A DNA stretch of 63,318 nucleotides, the filler included, from Octopus bimaculoides (Eukaryota), in NCBI RefSeq assembly GCF_001194135.2. It is 6 parts of 5 records of this genome, joined end to end, with 100 filler letters (N's around TTAATTAATTAA, not from the genome) between each part and the next. Parts side by side here need not be neighbours in the genome. Positions count along the whole stretch, not along the records: positions 1 to 19,594 come from NC_068986.1; 5 more parts are not named here. One strand, given 5' to 3'. The translations under genes were made by a program, and so were the position numbers. Of this stretch, positions 1 to 13,145 are shown in pieces. The notes beneath the pieces were generated by a model. That model did no database searches. It was not told where the DNA came from and saw only the letters and a list, made by a program, of their open reading frames with translations. The first letter of the stretch is position 1; each line of letters opens with the position of its first letter.

Positions 1-32
1 ACACACACACACACACACACAAACTTATATAT

Positions 33-515
33 GCGAACTTTAGGTAAATTGAAATACGTTTGTGACGCATTTCAACTTCTAAAGGTAAATTCACTGCAGT
101 TACCGTGGAGAAAAAATATCTTCGTTACGGTAAAACGATGTGAAAACACCGTATCTATCAAGTGCTGCCTTTCCTATCAGATTCCCAGACGCGTTTTTAG
201 CTCTTTAGCTGTTATGAGTAGGAAACACCGAAGTGCATTATCTCTGAACTGACTTAAGGCTGTAGCTTTAACTAAAACACTGTTGCCATTTGACCAGCAG
301 GTCGGAAGAAATTCACCAGCATCAGTGCCAAGCAGTGTTTAGGCATAAGCGAACTTTAGGTTAATTTAATAAATATGTGTGTGACACACTGCAACTTCTA
401 AAGGCAAATTCACTCCAGTTACCCTGGAGAAAATATTCTCTCTTATAGTAAAGCAGAGTCAAAACATCATATCTGTCCAGTGTTCCCACTTGTCGAATTA
501 CCACGAAGACGTAAA
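33..515. repeat. Diverged direct duplication, period 316 bp (33-~200 vs 349-~515)
   Basis: GCGAACTTTAGG at 33 and 349, each followed by alignable CAACTTCTAAAGG(T/C)AAATTCACT(G/C)CAGTTACC(G/C)TGGAGAAAA. Confidence 0.8.
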
Positions 516-700
516 AATCGAACAGACTGGGTATATAACGCTTTACTCTCAGGAAAAATTAGGTATATTTTACGTTTCGACCATACGCTCATCTATAAAA
601 AGAATAGATGAAGACAGAGAAGAAATAGAGGAGAGAGAAAGGAATAAAGTGTCTCAAATACAAGTCCGTCGATCAAACTCTAATCATGAAATATTTGTAA
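510..700 (-). mobile_element. Degraded Penelope-type terminal repeat fragment, same family as 61365-61580
   Basis: TTTTACGTTTCGACCATACGCTCATCTATAAAAG aligns with TTTAACGTTTCGAGCTAAGCTCTTCAACAGAAAG at 61461; both are followed by a purine-rich tract and ...GATC. Confidence 0.5.
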
Positions 701-744
701 ATTATGGTGAAGCACACTTGCTCTGATCTAGCCAAGCAGCCATC

Positions 745-808
745 TTGAACCAGAAACCATAAACGCATAGTCTGCGGAGCGAACTACTTAACCACCTGGC
801 TATGCCCC
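745..808 (-). mobile_element. SINE S1 5' head fragment
   Basis: CTTGAACCAGAAACCAT...ACTACTTAACCAC matches the reverse complement of the S1 head seen at 10996 and 50934. Confidence 0.55.
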
Positions 809-1974
809 GTGTTATAGATATTAAATTTAGAGCCATCGATTTTATATGATTGTTGTATAAGCCCACATGAAATCGGATTCGATAGAAATAGGATCAAAGA
901 TATTTTTATTTCTTATTTTAAAACAATAGGATTCGATTTAAAGATTTGACTGCTATTTCTTGCAGGTCAACTGACCGCTTACCTTCTCCATTGCTCCTGC
1001 TTTATTTAGAATTTCTACGTCTTCTGTTTTTTTTTTTTTTGTCACATCTGTCTCAATAACTCTATTAGTTGATATTTCCCTTTATGGTCTATTTTCAAAT
1101 TAAAGAACTGACTGATGGATTCTTCGTCGGTTTCGATGATGAACATTCAGTTGTTCGACCAACTGAATTACCTTTTCATGAAATTGACGTTTAAACGGTC
1201 GAGAGTTTCACAGGCATGTAATACCCTTAACACAGTTCGCAATCGAGTCAACGCGGTACTATGTGACATGACTGACTCTTTGAGTGATATGTATANNNNN
1301 NNNNNNNNNNNNNNNNNNNNNNNNNNNNNNNNNNNNNNNNNNNNNNGAGGAGGGGGTATAGAGAGATTGAGTAAAAGGGATATAGAGAAGGATATAGAGA
1401 GATTGAGTAAAGGACAGAGAGCATCAACTCTCGAACGGGATTGGTGCTATATTTAATGACATTTAAAAGATAAAATGCAGACTTTGTCTCGGCGCCTTTC
1501 AAAGACGGAACATATACTGTTAGGTATTTCATCCTTCGTCCAGTCCAATTCTCTGCCTTTGGTATAGCTAGATACATATACACAAGCAGTATACAAATGA
1601 TTTCTACTCTGAAAATGAACATATTTTGAAAAAGCCTTATGTCATAAACCACGTTTTTAATAATCTCCGTCTCGTCTAATAAAGGAACAGGCAGACGACA
1701 ATGACTATATAGAAGAAATTCTTTCTTAGGAAAAGGACAGTTTATATTTTTTGTAAAAGAATATAAGGAAAAAGCCCGAAACAACCAATTGTTCTGATTG
1801 CTCTTTCTCTTCAAGTTTTCTGTGTCATTGTATCACTGTTACAAATTAAGAACAACCAAAGCAAGTACATGCTTTATAGAGTCATTGTCAAACTTATGTG
1901 GGTATTTGTAACAACAAAAGATTTATTGTAAATTTTGAAGTTGATATGCAGGCAAGAACGAACAAAACAGATAA

Positions 1975-2040
1975 ATAAACAACAGCAACAAAAACAACAA
2001 CACCAACAACAACTGCAACAGCAGCAGCAGCAACAAAAAT
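1975..2040. repeat. Imperfect (CAA/CAG)n trinucleotide tract
   Basis: Direct reading of sequence. Confidence 0.85.
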
Positions 2041-3196
2041 AATAGGCTTACCGGTGAGTGCAGCCTCAGGCATCTAAGATTTCACTGGATCATCCACTTT
2101 CACCAATGGAATTGGTAAATAGAAGTTTGTTCTGCCATTCATAACAACCCTCATCTTACTGAATTATCTGAAATAATTTTTACAAAAGGCAACAGTATTC
2201 TTTTACATTATCAGTGATCCCCAGGCAAGTCATTAAGGAGTTCGTATGTAATCTCGAAACGAATGAGTGTTGTGAAGGATCTGAGAAATTAACCAATAAT
2301 TTTTGCCTGGAAACTGACAATAGCGTCCATTTCTAGTTCTTTATTGTCATTCTATCGGTTGCAATTCCTACATTTAGTTCTTGAGTAAAATAAATACCTC
2401 GGTTTTATAAATGATATCTCTATATCTCTATAGCAACATCTTAACGTTACTCATTGATAATAGTTTTATTTATATGTTTGCAGGGATATCTGTTGACGAA
2501 TGCTCACGAGAATTTCTTTGTCTCCTTGTTACAGCAGTTTACAGCAGTTATACACTTCTCTTACAAGAGTGTGATTCTATTTCATCTTGACACATACACA
2601 CTACGTTTTAAAAATCTGTTCACCTTAGTTGTAAAATAACAACCATTTCTATTATATTATTTAAACTTGGAAATCTGCTTTTGTATCAAATGATTCACCT
2701 CACCTTCGTTTTCTCTTTTTCACATCACCAGTCTCTCTCTCCACCTATGGTCATCTGCTTGTCTGTCTGACTGTCTGTCTGATGTCTGTCTTTTTTGTGT
2801 CTGACTGTCTGCTTGTCTGTTGCCCGTTTTCTTTTTGTCTGTTTGTAAGAAGAAGAAGAAAAAAGAATAAGATCGCTTAATTATTTATTTCGGCTACTTT
2901 ATGTTTGAATTTTAAAGAACATTTAATATAATCGACACTATCCACAAACAGAAGCGAAAGACAATTTGAAGACCTAGCGTCCATGTTTTCCCAAAGAACA
3001 TTTATGACATATCCTTAAACATTCATGTATAATTATAATACAAATTATAATATATGTATTTTTAGTATAGGACCCAAACTCTTATACATCTATCATACTT
3101 GATATAACAAACAATGTTGCACAACTGCCACTAACAGTAGATAATATACTGTATTCTAATATACAACTTTTTAATATTTCATTTTATATATATATT

Positions 3197-3396
3197 TAAG
3201 GCGGTGAGCTCCAAGAATCGTTAGCACGCTGGACAAAAAGCTAAACGTCACTTCGTCCGCTTTTACTCTCTGAGTTCAAATTCCACCGATGTGGACCTTG
3301 CCTTTCATAACTTCCAGGCTCGATAAAATAAGTAGCAGTGGAAAACTGAGATCGATGTAATTGACTTACCTGGATGTGTACCAAAACTGGCGACCG
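3197..3396 (+). mobile_element. SINE S2 copy (tail B, shortened), first of a tandem pair
   Basis: TAAGGCGGTGAGCTCCAAGAATCGTTAGCACG head, box-B-like GAGTTCAAATTCC, central CGATAAAATAAGTA. Confidence 0.85.
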
Positions 3397-3414
3397 ATAT
3401 TTCATTTTATATAA

Positions 3415-3612
3415 TAAAGCGGTGGGCTGGTAAAATCGTTAGCACGCCGGGCGAAATGTCGTTAAACCTTTCGCCCGTCTTCAAATTCCTCCGCGGTCGA
3501 CTTTGTCTTTCATCCATCCGGGTGTCGATAAAATTAGTATCAGCTGAACACTAGGTCGATGTAATCGACTAAACCCTCGAAATTGCTGGCACTGTGCCAA
3601 AATTTGAAATCA
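3415..3612 (+). mobile_element. SINE S2 copy (tail B), second of a tandem pair
   Basis: AAAGCGGTGGGCTGGTAAAATCGTTAGCACGCCGGGCGAAATG head; tail AAATTGCTGGCACTGTGCCAAAATTTGAAATC. Confidence 0.85.
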
Positions 3613-4675
3613 ATATTTCATTTTATATATAATGAACAATAATAATTTATTAGAGCTTTATTAGATTCTTGTGTTTTATATCAATAAATGAAAATAGGGA
3701 TAATTATATAGTCTAATATGCGTCCCTAAAAACCATACATAATACACATCAATAATTTTAATCTTCATATTAGTTAGGAGTGGAAATACATATAATAATA
3801 AATGGAAATTTACAGTAAATGATGTGATAAAAAAAAAACAGGTATCAAAACATTGTTGACTTTGTTATCAATGTTTGCGTATAGGACAGAAACATTAGAG
3901 TGTCGAACGAAATGCTTTACAATGTTTACTAAAAATGGAATAAATTGCACAATGGTAATTGTCTAATATAACACAACCAATCGGTGCATATCGCATCGCG
4001 TCATCTCCACGTCATACATTCAAGTAATTGACCCTGTTCGCTAAACACGAACCTAGTATCTTTGATGGAATAAAATATTTCACCATAAAGAAGAGTACTC
4101 TAATGTATCGAGCAAGATTTAGTGTAATTGTTAAATCCATTCTTAGGCATCAGTCTTTTTACATTATCGTCTCTATACAGATACTCTTTTTTCCCCTATA
4201 TATATATATATATNNNNNNNNNNNNNNNNNNNNNNNNNNNNNNNNNNNNNNNNNNNNNNNNNNNNNNNNNNNNNNNNNNNNNNNNNNNNNNNNNNNNNNN
4301 NNNNNNNNNNNNNNNNNNNNNNNNNNNNNNNNNNNNNNNNNNNNNNNNNNNNNNNNNNNNNNNNNNNNNNNNNNNNNNNNNNNNNNNNNNNNNNNNNNNN
4401 NNNNNNNNNNNNNNNNNNNNNNNNNNNNNNNNNNNNNNNNNNNNNNNNNNNNNNNNNNNNNNNNNNNNNNNNNNNNNNNNNNNNNNNNNNNNNNNNNNNN
4501 NNNNNNNNNNNNNNNNNNNNNNNNNNNNNNNNNNNNNNNNNNNNNNNNNNNNNNNNNNNNNNNNNNNNNNNNNNNNNNNNNNNNNNNNNNNNNNNNNNNN
4601 NNNNNNNNNNNNNNNNNNNNNNNNNNNNNNNNNNNNNNNNNNNNNNNNNNNNNNNNNNNNNNNNNNNNNNNNNNN

Positions 4676-4742
<67 letters not shown>

Positions 4743-5177
4743 CGTACGCACACAAAGAGAAACAGTTACACAATCACATTCACATTCACTCATGCACACA
4801 ACATACGCATGCACATTATAATTTACACTTGTAACATATAAAGAAACACACAAATATCCGTTATCCGTTCATAGAAAAACAGACTGGCACATACTGTGAT
4901 TGACAGGATATTGTTGGCAGCTAATCATCGCTAGACGACCGCCTAGTGGGCTGTGGTGCTATTATTTTTCCGATCAAATGTGGCAGCGTATTTGTGTGTC
5001 AGGAAAGATTTGTTCTCACTACTGTCCACAAGAGATCGCTGGTAAAGACTGGTGAGTGATGTTCAGTACACTTGATTGGCACCAGAGCAAGAAACTGGTT
5101 ATAGGAGAACAGGAATATCATTTGTTCACAGTGCATTTGTATGTATACTGGAATATTGAAAACACACACACACACAC

Positions 5178-5223
<46 letters not shown>

Positions 5224-5780
5224 NNNNNNNNNNNNNNNNNNNNNNNNNNNNNNNNNNNNNNNNNNNNNNNNNNNNNNNNNNNNNNNNNNNNNNNNNNNNN
5301 NNNNNNNNNNNNNNNNNNNNNNNNNNNNNNNNNNNNNNNNNNNNNNNNNNNNNNNNNNNNNNNNNNNNNNNNNNNNNNNNNNNNNNNNNNNNNNNNNNNN
5401 NNNNNNNNNNNNNNNNNNNNNNNNNNNNNNNNNNNNNNNNNNNNNNNNNNNNNNNNNNNNNNNNNNNNNNNNNNNNNNNNNNNNNNNNNNNNNNNNNNNN
5501 NNNNNNNNNNNNNNNNNNNNNNNNNNNNNNNNNNNNNNNNNNNNNNNNNNNNNNNNNNNNNNNNNNNNNNNNNNNNNNNNNNNNNNNNNNNNNNNNNNNN
5601 NNNNNNNNNNNNNNNNNNNNNNNNNNNNNNNNNNNNNNNNNNNNNNNNNNNNNNNNNNNNNNNNNNNNNNNNNNNNNNNNNNNNNNNNNNNNNNNNNNNN
5701 NNNNNNNNNNNNNNNNNNNNNNNNNNNNNNNNNNNNNNNNTATATATATATATATATACATACATATGTATACACACACA

Positions 5781-5823
<43 letters not shown>

Positions 5824-5880
5824 TATACGTACATAACGACAGACAGACGAGCATACAGACAGGCGAATAGACAGACAGAC

Positions 5881-5929
<49 letters not shown>

Positions 5930-5930
5930 C

Positions 5931-7330
5931 ATAAGATAGATTAAACAGAGAGATAGAATGACAGATTAGTTACATAAAATCATACTTCGGAAGACAAGTG
6001 TGGAACCCATTGCATGAATAAAAGATGAACAGTGACATGATATTCTATGTGACGATCTTTAATTATGAGTTTCTAATTATCTTTTCTAATGGCTCACTTC
6101 TTATATTTATAATTATCGAGCGGGCAACTATTTCGACAGCATGTCATGAATATGTAATCCCAAGAGACAATATTCAAACGAGTGCATGTTGCTTAGTGTA
6201 ACGTTTTCTCTTTAAAACCATTTCTTAGCAAATATATCATTATAAGCATTTAAAATTGTGGATCCTTGTATCAGATTGACAGATTAACGTTCACCTCAGC
6301 AATGGAGGCGGTAAATTGACAGTATTCTTAGAACGTTGGGTGGAATGCTTTGAGTATTTGCTCTCACACTTTCCGCGCTGAGCTCAAATATTGCTGAGGT
6401 CAATTGATCAAAGTTTGTTGGTGGTATCAGCAAAATATTACATTCGATACATCTGATAGGTATAAGCATTTTAAAAACATTATCTATGTGTGTGAAACTA
6501 CTTAAAATTCATGCTAGGCGGAAGGCATTTAGCTTACCTTAGATCAATTTCACTGTATCTTATGCTAGCAACCTTCACGTTTATTCACAAAATGGCTGCC
6601 GGTATGACATGATATTATCCTAATAAAAATTTATTTGAGAATGAATGTCTCTTCTGGAAGGTGCATCTAATGACCATTGTAAAATGTAAGTTATCACTTG
6701 GATTTTCAGAAATTAGTTCATTTCAAAACCTACAAATGATTAATGAAATCGTCTGGTGGACACGCTATGTTGCGTCGATTTTCTTTGTGTTAATTTTCAT
6801 GAGTGTGGGATTTTGGAATATTTTACTGTATTGCTATGTGAGTGAGGATGCACGTTGTCATGCCCAGAATATTAATGTAGGGGTGTGCGTTATGCATGTG
6901 TATTGAACAAGTTTTGTGTACAATATTTGCTGTACAAGTATTGTATGCATATGTTCGATTGCTTCGAGATTTGTGGTGGGGTCATCTTGACGTTAGAGAT
7001 ATTTTCCAATTGGATGAAATGGATATATTGATATTTACTAAAAACTTTAGCCTTGGAATTGAAATATCTGCTGTGGTTCTTCGACTTTAGCAGGATGTGT
7101 GCTCTTTTCTCTATACAAGGACTGCAATTCTTTAATCGAGACAGTGACTGTGTTAGTGCGTTTATTTGTGTGAGTGTGTGTTTCGCATTTGTGTGTGTGT
7201 ATATATATGTGTGTAAGTGTGTGTGCGTATGTATGTCTGTATGTGTGTGTGTGTTTGTGTGTGATTGCGAATGTGTGCGTGCGTGTGTGTGCATGTGTGT
7301 GTATGTTTGTTTGTGTGCAGTTAGGTCAAG
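5931..7330. repeat. Copy A of local duplication (period about 1832 bp)
   Basis: ATAAGATAGATTAAACAGAGAGATAGAATG at 5931 and 7763; collinear alignment continues through to the (TG)n tracts. Confidence 0.95.
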
Positions 7331-7426
7331 AAGCGAAAGAAAGTAGTACATAGCACATGTAGTGGGAGCAGTAATGACAATTTAACTGGCAAGGATATGT
7401 TTATGAATGTTCGGACGTACAGATGC

Positions 7427-7429
<3 letters not shown>

Positions 7430-7475
<46 letters not shown>

Positions 7476-7620
7476 GAGGAGAAAGTAAGAGATAGGAGAG
7501 AGAGAGAGAGAGAAAGCAAGAGAGAGAGAAAGCAAGAGAGAGAGAAAGCAAGAGAGAGAGAAAGCAAGAGAGAGAGAAAGCAAGAGAGAGAGAAAGCAAG
7601 AGAGAGAGAGAGGGCGAGAG
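7430..7620. repeat. (GA)n plus 16-bp unit GAAAGCAAGAGAGAGA x6
   Basis: Direct reading of 7505-7610. Confidence 0.9.
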
Positions 7621-7676
7621 AAGGAGTAAGGTGGAGAGAGAGCGGATAGACATAAAGATCAATGAATGTATTACAT

Positions 7677-7711
<35 letters not shown>

Positions 7712-7762
7712 GTAGTAGGTAGGTAGGTAGGTAGGTAGGTAGGTAGGTGGGTAGATTAGCAA

Positions 7763-8986
7763 ATAAGATAGATTAAACAGAGAGATAGAATGATAGATTA
7801 GTTACATAAAAACATACTTCGGAAGACAAGTGTGGAACCCATTGCATGAATAAAAGATGAACAGTGACATGATATTCTATGTGACGATCTTTAATTATGA
7901 GTTTCTAATTATCTTTTCTAATGGCTCACTTCTTAAATTTATAATTATCAAGTGGGCAACTATTTCGACAGCATATCTTAAATATGTAATCCCAAGAGAC
8001 AATATTCAAACGAGTGCATGTTGCTCAGTATATCGTTTTCTCTTTAAAACCATTTCTTAGCAAATATATCATTATAAGCATTTAAAATTGTGGATCCTTG
8101 TATCAGATTGACAGATTAACGTTCACCTCAGCAATGGAGGCGGCGAATTGACAGTATTCTTTGGACGTTGGATGGAATGCCTTGAGTATTTGTTCTCACA
8201 CTTTCCCCCCTGAGCTCAAATACCGTCGAGATCAATTGATCTTCCTTTGTTGATAGTAACAGCAAGATATTACATTCAGTACAGTGGATAAGTATAAGCA
8301 TTTTTAAAAACATTATCTTACATGTGAGAAACTACTTAAATTTCATGCTAGGCGGAGGATATTTAGCTTAGGCACTTCTAATTACTATAGTAAAACGTAA
8401 GTTATCACACTTGGATTTTCAGAAATTAGGTCGTTTCAAAATCTGCAAATGATTACTTTTATTAAATAGATGAGAAATTATCGGGAAAACATGCTGTGTT
8501 GTGCTGAATTTCCTCAAATATTTGCGTATTTCTTTTATGGGTGTATTGTAGAGGGCGCTTGGAATATTTTAGTGCATTGGTATATCGATGAGGTGGTATA
8601 TTGTAATACCTAATATTGAAGTGTAGAGGTGTACGATATGCTTGTGTATAAAACAAGTTTTGAGTACAAATTTGCTGTATATGTTTTGTATGCATACGTT
8701 GGGCTGCCTGGAGAGTTGTGGTGTGGTCATCTCGGCGTAATAGGTATTTTCCAATCGGATAAAATGGATGCATTTCAGAAAAGTTTAGCTTTGTAGGTTA
8801 AATATCTGTTATGGTTCTTCGACTTTAGCAGGGTGTGTACTCTTTCTACTATACCAGGGCTGCAATTCTTTGATTGAGATAGTGACTGTCTGAACATGTT
8901 TGTGTGAGCATGTGTATGTGTGTACTTGTACGTGCGTGTATGTATGTATGTATGTATGTGCTTTTGTGTGCATGTGTATGCGTGTG

Positions 8987-9072
<86 letters not shown>
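7763..9072. repeat. Copy B of local duplication
   Basis: Near-identical to copy A for about 380 bp, then clearly more diverged with indels. Confidence 0.95.
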
Positions 9073-9076
<4 letters not shown>

Positions 9077-9893
9077 CAAGGCGTCATGTCCTACATTCTT
9101 ACAGTTCCGCCATCCCACTCGGGGTATTGTATTGGTAGTATGTTCAAACGGATGCCTTGAGAATTTCTGACAATTTGCATTCTGAGCTAAACATCTGCTC
9201 TGGCCTACACAGGGATTAGAATTAATCAGTCGCCCTTTTTAACACCACTCACTAGCACCTTGAATGCTGTGAACAGAATACTTTCCGTACAAAAACGTTA
9301 GAGCCTTGTCTCTAATTTGTGGATACCTTCCCTCCCTTCCTCTCATCTCTCTTATCAGTCTCAGAGGTCTTGTAAAGGATAATGGGCACTGCATTCCCTC
9401 TTGATTAAAAAGTAAAAAATAAAGACAGAACACTGAATGAATGGTACGATCAACTAGTTTCGGCTTTCGTTAAAGCTTTACCATGTTTCACTTAATTTCT
9501 CTTAGCTGCTGAAGGAAAGTTTTAACTACTTTTGGAAAATATTATCGAGTTCATGATGAATCTAATCACATTTTTATTTATAACAGTGTAAAGTTGACTG
9601 CGTATATTAATTGAAGCAGCGATACAACGAACATGAGATTAAATTTACAAACCAATAATTACAGCCGTATATTTCATAACCAGATATTTAGTCGCACGGA
9701 GAAAATAGGTGCCAAAGTTTAAACTATAGGGTTACCGGAAAACAGGTTATAACTTCGGATGCAGTAAATTCCTTTTCGTTAAAACCTCGTCAGGATTAGT
9801 TAACTTGTTTGTAGCAGCTGAAAGACTGAACGATGTGTCAATCTTCGGAATTAATTAACTGATTAATGTATTGTGTATACGTGAATGCATGTA

Positions 9894-9934
<41 letters not shown>

Positions 9935-10995
9935 GTGTGTGTGTGCGTGTACGTGTTTCTGTGTGCAAGTGGGTGAATGTATTTCTATATATGTATGCGT
10001 GTATCTTCGTCTGTATGTGTGTCTGTGTGTGTGAAAGAAGAGCATTGCAGCTTGCTTGAAGCATTGTACAAAGACGGAGAGCTTCTTACAATGCGGAAAA
10101 AGAAATAAATTTAATAACCTTATATATTTCAGGCACAAAATCCCATAATCACAAGTATACAATCAAAGAATTATCGGTCTATTCAGATATCGGCCATGCG
10201 CATGCGTATCCACCCACTCGACATATAATCCTTTATAAAATAGAAAGCAATTTTTCTTTGTTTCATTTTTGCGCAGACTGTCGTCATTCTCCACCATCAC
10301 GACATACCGCATCACCATTAACAACATGGCGCCTGAATTTACGCCATGTTTGGTTGCTTCATTGAAACCTTCAGTATTCGCTTTAGTATCTTAGAACTTT
10401 CGAAACCAGGAAACCGATACGATTATATCAAAGATTATTAAGTAATATATAAAGATGTTTATAAAAAAAAAACTTAGATTTTCCCTCTTTTGAAATGTTG
10501 CATTTACACAGCAAGTTCATGAAATATTAAGTAAAATCCAAAATCAAAGCGTTGCAAACACACTACCGGGTCTCTATAACTCTTCTGGATTACTACACAC
10601 ACTGGATTGCATACTAACCACACTTCAAATAATTATCATCCCATACTATCTCTCATCCTGAACAAAATTCCTATTCTCACACCAGTTAACATTTAGATTT
10701 TATTCACCATATTTTATTCAGAATAATATACGGTGAGGTCGCCGTATACAAACTCCGTCCAGGAACTCTGTTCGTTAACTAAATTGTTTTTATAGGAGTA
10801 ATTGAAATAAGTAGCCTGTTCCAAGCGACACTAGATTCCACATAAATTTCTGAAATGATATTCTATTTCTCCACTCATCAACAGAATATACTTAAGTATA
10901 TATACATTGCATATATACGTGTGTATATGTATATGTGTGTATGTTTTTTCCTTGTGTCTAGTATCTGTTGTCCCATAGTTATGTTTTTTACTTTT

Positions 10996-11143
10996 TGTGT
11001 GGTAAGTAGCTTGCCAACCAACCACATGGTTTTGGGTTCATTCCCACTGCGTGGCATCTTGGGCAAGTGTCTTCTACTATAGCCTCGGGCCGACCAAAGC
11101 CTTGTGAGTGGATTTGGTAGACGGAAGCTGAAAGAAGCCTGTC

Positions 11144-11201
<58 letters not shown>

Positions 11202-11428
11202 GCGTGTATATGTTTGTGTGTCTGTGTTTGTCCCCCCAATGTCGCTTGACAACCGATGGTAGTGTGTTTACGTCCCCGTAACTTAGCGGTTCGGCAAAAG
11301 AGACCGATAGAATAAGTACTAGGCTTAGAAAGAATAAGTCCTGGGGTCGATTTACTCGACTAAATGCGGTCCCCCAGCATGGCCGCAGTCATATCGCTGA
11401 AACAAGTTAAAGAGTAAAGAGTAAGAGT
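10996..11428 (+). mobile_element. SINE S1, near full length, with internal (TA)n
   Basis: Head TGTGTGGTAAGTAGCTTG...GGGTTCATTCCCACTGCGTGGCA (A/B-box-like), internal (TA)n, tail CAGCATGGCCGCAGTC...GAAACAAG(TAAAGAG)n. Confidence 0.92.
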
Positions 11429-11434
11429 ATATAT

Positions 11435-11650
11435 AAGGCAGCGAACAGGTAGAATTGTTAGCACGCCTGATGCTTGGCTGTATTTCATCCGCCTTTACAT
11501 TCTGAGTTCAAATTCCACTGAAGTTAACTTTGCCTTTCATCCTTTCGGAGTCGATAAAGTAAGTACCAGTCAAATATTGGAATCGATATAAACGATTTCC
11601 TCCTCCCTTCAAAAACAGCTGGCCCTGCGCCAAAATTTGAAACCGTTATA
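11435..11650 (+). mobile_element. SINE S2 (tail B) directly behind the S1 tail
   Basis: TAAGGCAGCGAAC head, GAGTTCAAATTCC, tail GCTGGCCCTGCGCCAAAATTTGAAACC. Confidence 0.85.
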
Positions 11651-12979
11651 TCTATAATATGCACGCTTTATGAAATATAAACATGGACGATAACGAACTG
11701 TTTGTACAAAGTCTCCCTCCTATTTATATACGCCGTCTTCTCGTGGCTTGTTCAAATTTAAGTTCGCTTGCTGAATGGGATCCAAGCGTGCGTAATTTGC
11801 TCGTATGTCATTGATCAGCCCGTTATGCAAATGTATTTTTTTTTTTTCAAAGAAAATAAAATTGCAATTCAGTTTAGAAAACGATTCGTAAATGGGTAAT
11901 CCATTGTATCCTGGGACCTGTTCTGAGTTGTAGTAAATTCTAAATGAGTTTTAAAAAAAACGCCGTTCAATATAACTTAAGGTTACACGATAAACTAAAT
12001 GCAGTATTAAAACATTGTAACATTCTAGTTACATAGCAACATTGATTGTTTCTGCATTCATTCTTGTATAATAAAATAGCAACACAATTTCATTGAGGCT
12101 ATATTAGTTATTAGTGCAAAATAGATTAAACGTACTGATCACCATATGCAGAGAAAATGGTGCTTTTGTTTTCGTTCGTTAAACATTTTTGGTTAATTCA
12201 GGGTTAAACATTTCATCCGAATACATAACGGAATGGGACTGGACGTGAATACCAAATGTCGCCCTATTTATAGATATATTTAATTACAGCACTACTTTGT
12301 TCTCTTTCCCCATGTTATTACATTTTTTTTAATATTTTCGAGTTCTTAATTAATTTCTTTGTTGTTATTCTGAAGACAAAACGTTCTCTCTGCTTCACTC
12401 TATCGACATGTCACGGTCACGTGACTCTATCATCAAAATATTATCACAATAGAATGTTGGAAGCTTTGTTTATGTACATATTTTTTTGTAGTTGTATTAT
12501 CTATTGTATGTGCCAGTGTGGTTCTGCCCCTGCTGCTATTGCTGCTAGAATCAATTCATTGAAAAGTGTTAATGTTTTCTCCATATATTATATGTATGTG
12601 TTGATATTTGGGGTCTACAGAAGTATAAGTGTAATGTCCGTGTCAGACAGTATGCTTAGGAGGATGCATATAATGGTAGGTGTGCATGTTAAAATATGCG
12701 GGTGTACGTAATGGCGGTGATACATGCTTCAGTAGAACGATCTACGTAATGGTGGAGCGTGTTTCAGGAATTTCTATTTTCAGAGTTGAAGCATTTTCTG
12801 TTAAGTAATATAATAAAATGTCTCCTTTTGGGAACGCATAAGTTGGTCGATGAAGAAATTTAGTGCAGATGGCACCATCTGGCTCTTATGAAGTTGATAA
12901 CGTTCCAGTTAATATTGAAAGAGATATATCACTTGAATCAATTGTATTTCATTTTATTTCTAAGTCTGATGCATTGATC

Positions 12980-13145
12980 AAAAGTGAATTGGCGGATCGG
13001 TTCGAGTGTAGGACAAATCGATTAGCAGTATTTGTTCCGGATCCCTGCACTGTCTGTTCAAATTCCTCTGAGGTCATCTTCGACTTCTATTTTTTCGGAC
13101 ACTATACTATAAAATTCCAGTCCAAAACGGTAGATTGGATGAATT
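12980..13145 (+). mobile_element. Highly degraded SINE S2
   Basis: GTGAATTGGCGGATCGGTT...GGACAAATCGATTAGCAGTATTTG...GTTCAAATTCCTCTGAGGTCA follows the S2 layout. Confidence 0.55.

Noticed and set aside
2045-2340. Splice-like motifs (CCG|GTGAGT; minus-strand CG|GTAAGC) and short open frames
   Set aside because: Every candidate exon contains in-frame stops or lacks a partner site, and none resembles a known protein.
4028-5932. Long ORFs of 200-400 aa here and at 48.0-48.8, 53.0-53.7, 58.2-58.8 and 59.8-61.2 kb
   Set aside because: Open only because they run through N gaps and dinucleotide repeats.
6661-7150. Hydrophobic ORFs in the duplicated block suggesting a membrane-protein exon
   Set aside because: Stops and frameshifts differ between the two copies and no frame shows a convincing synonymous bias.
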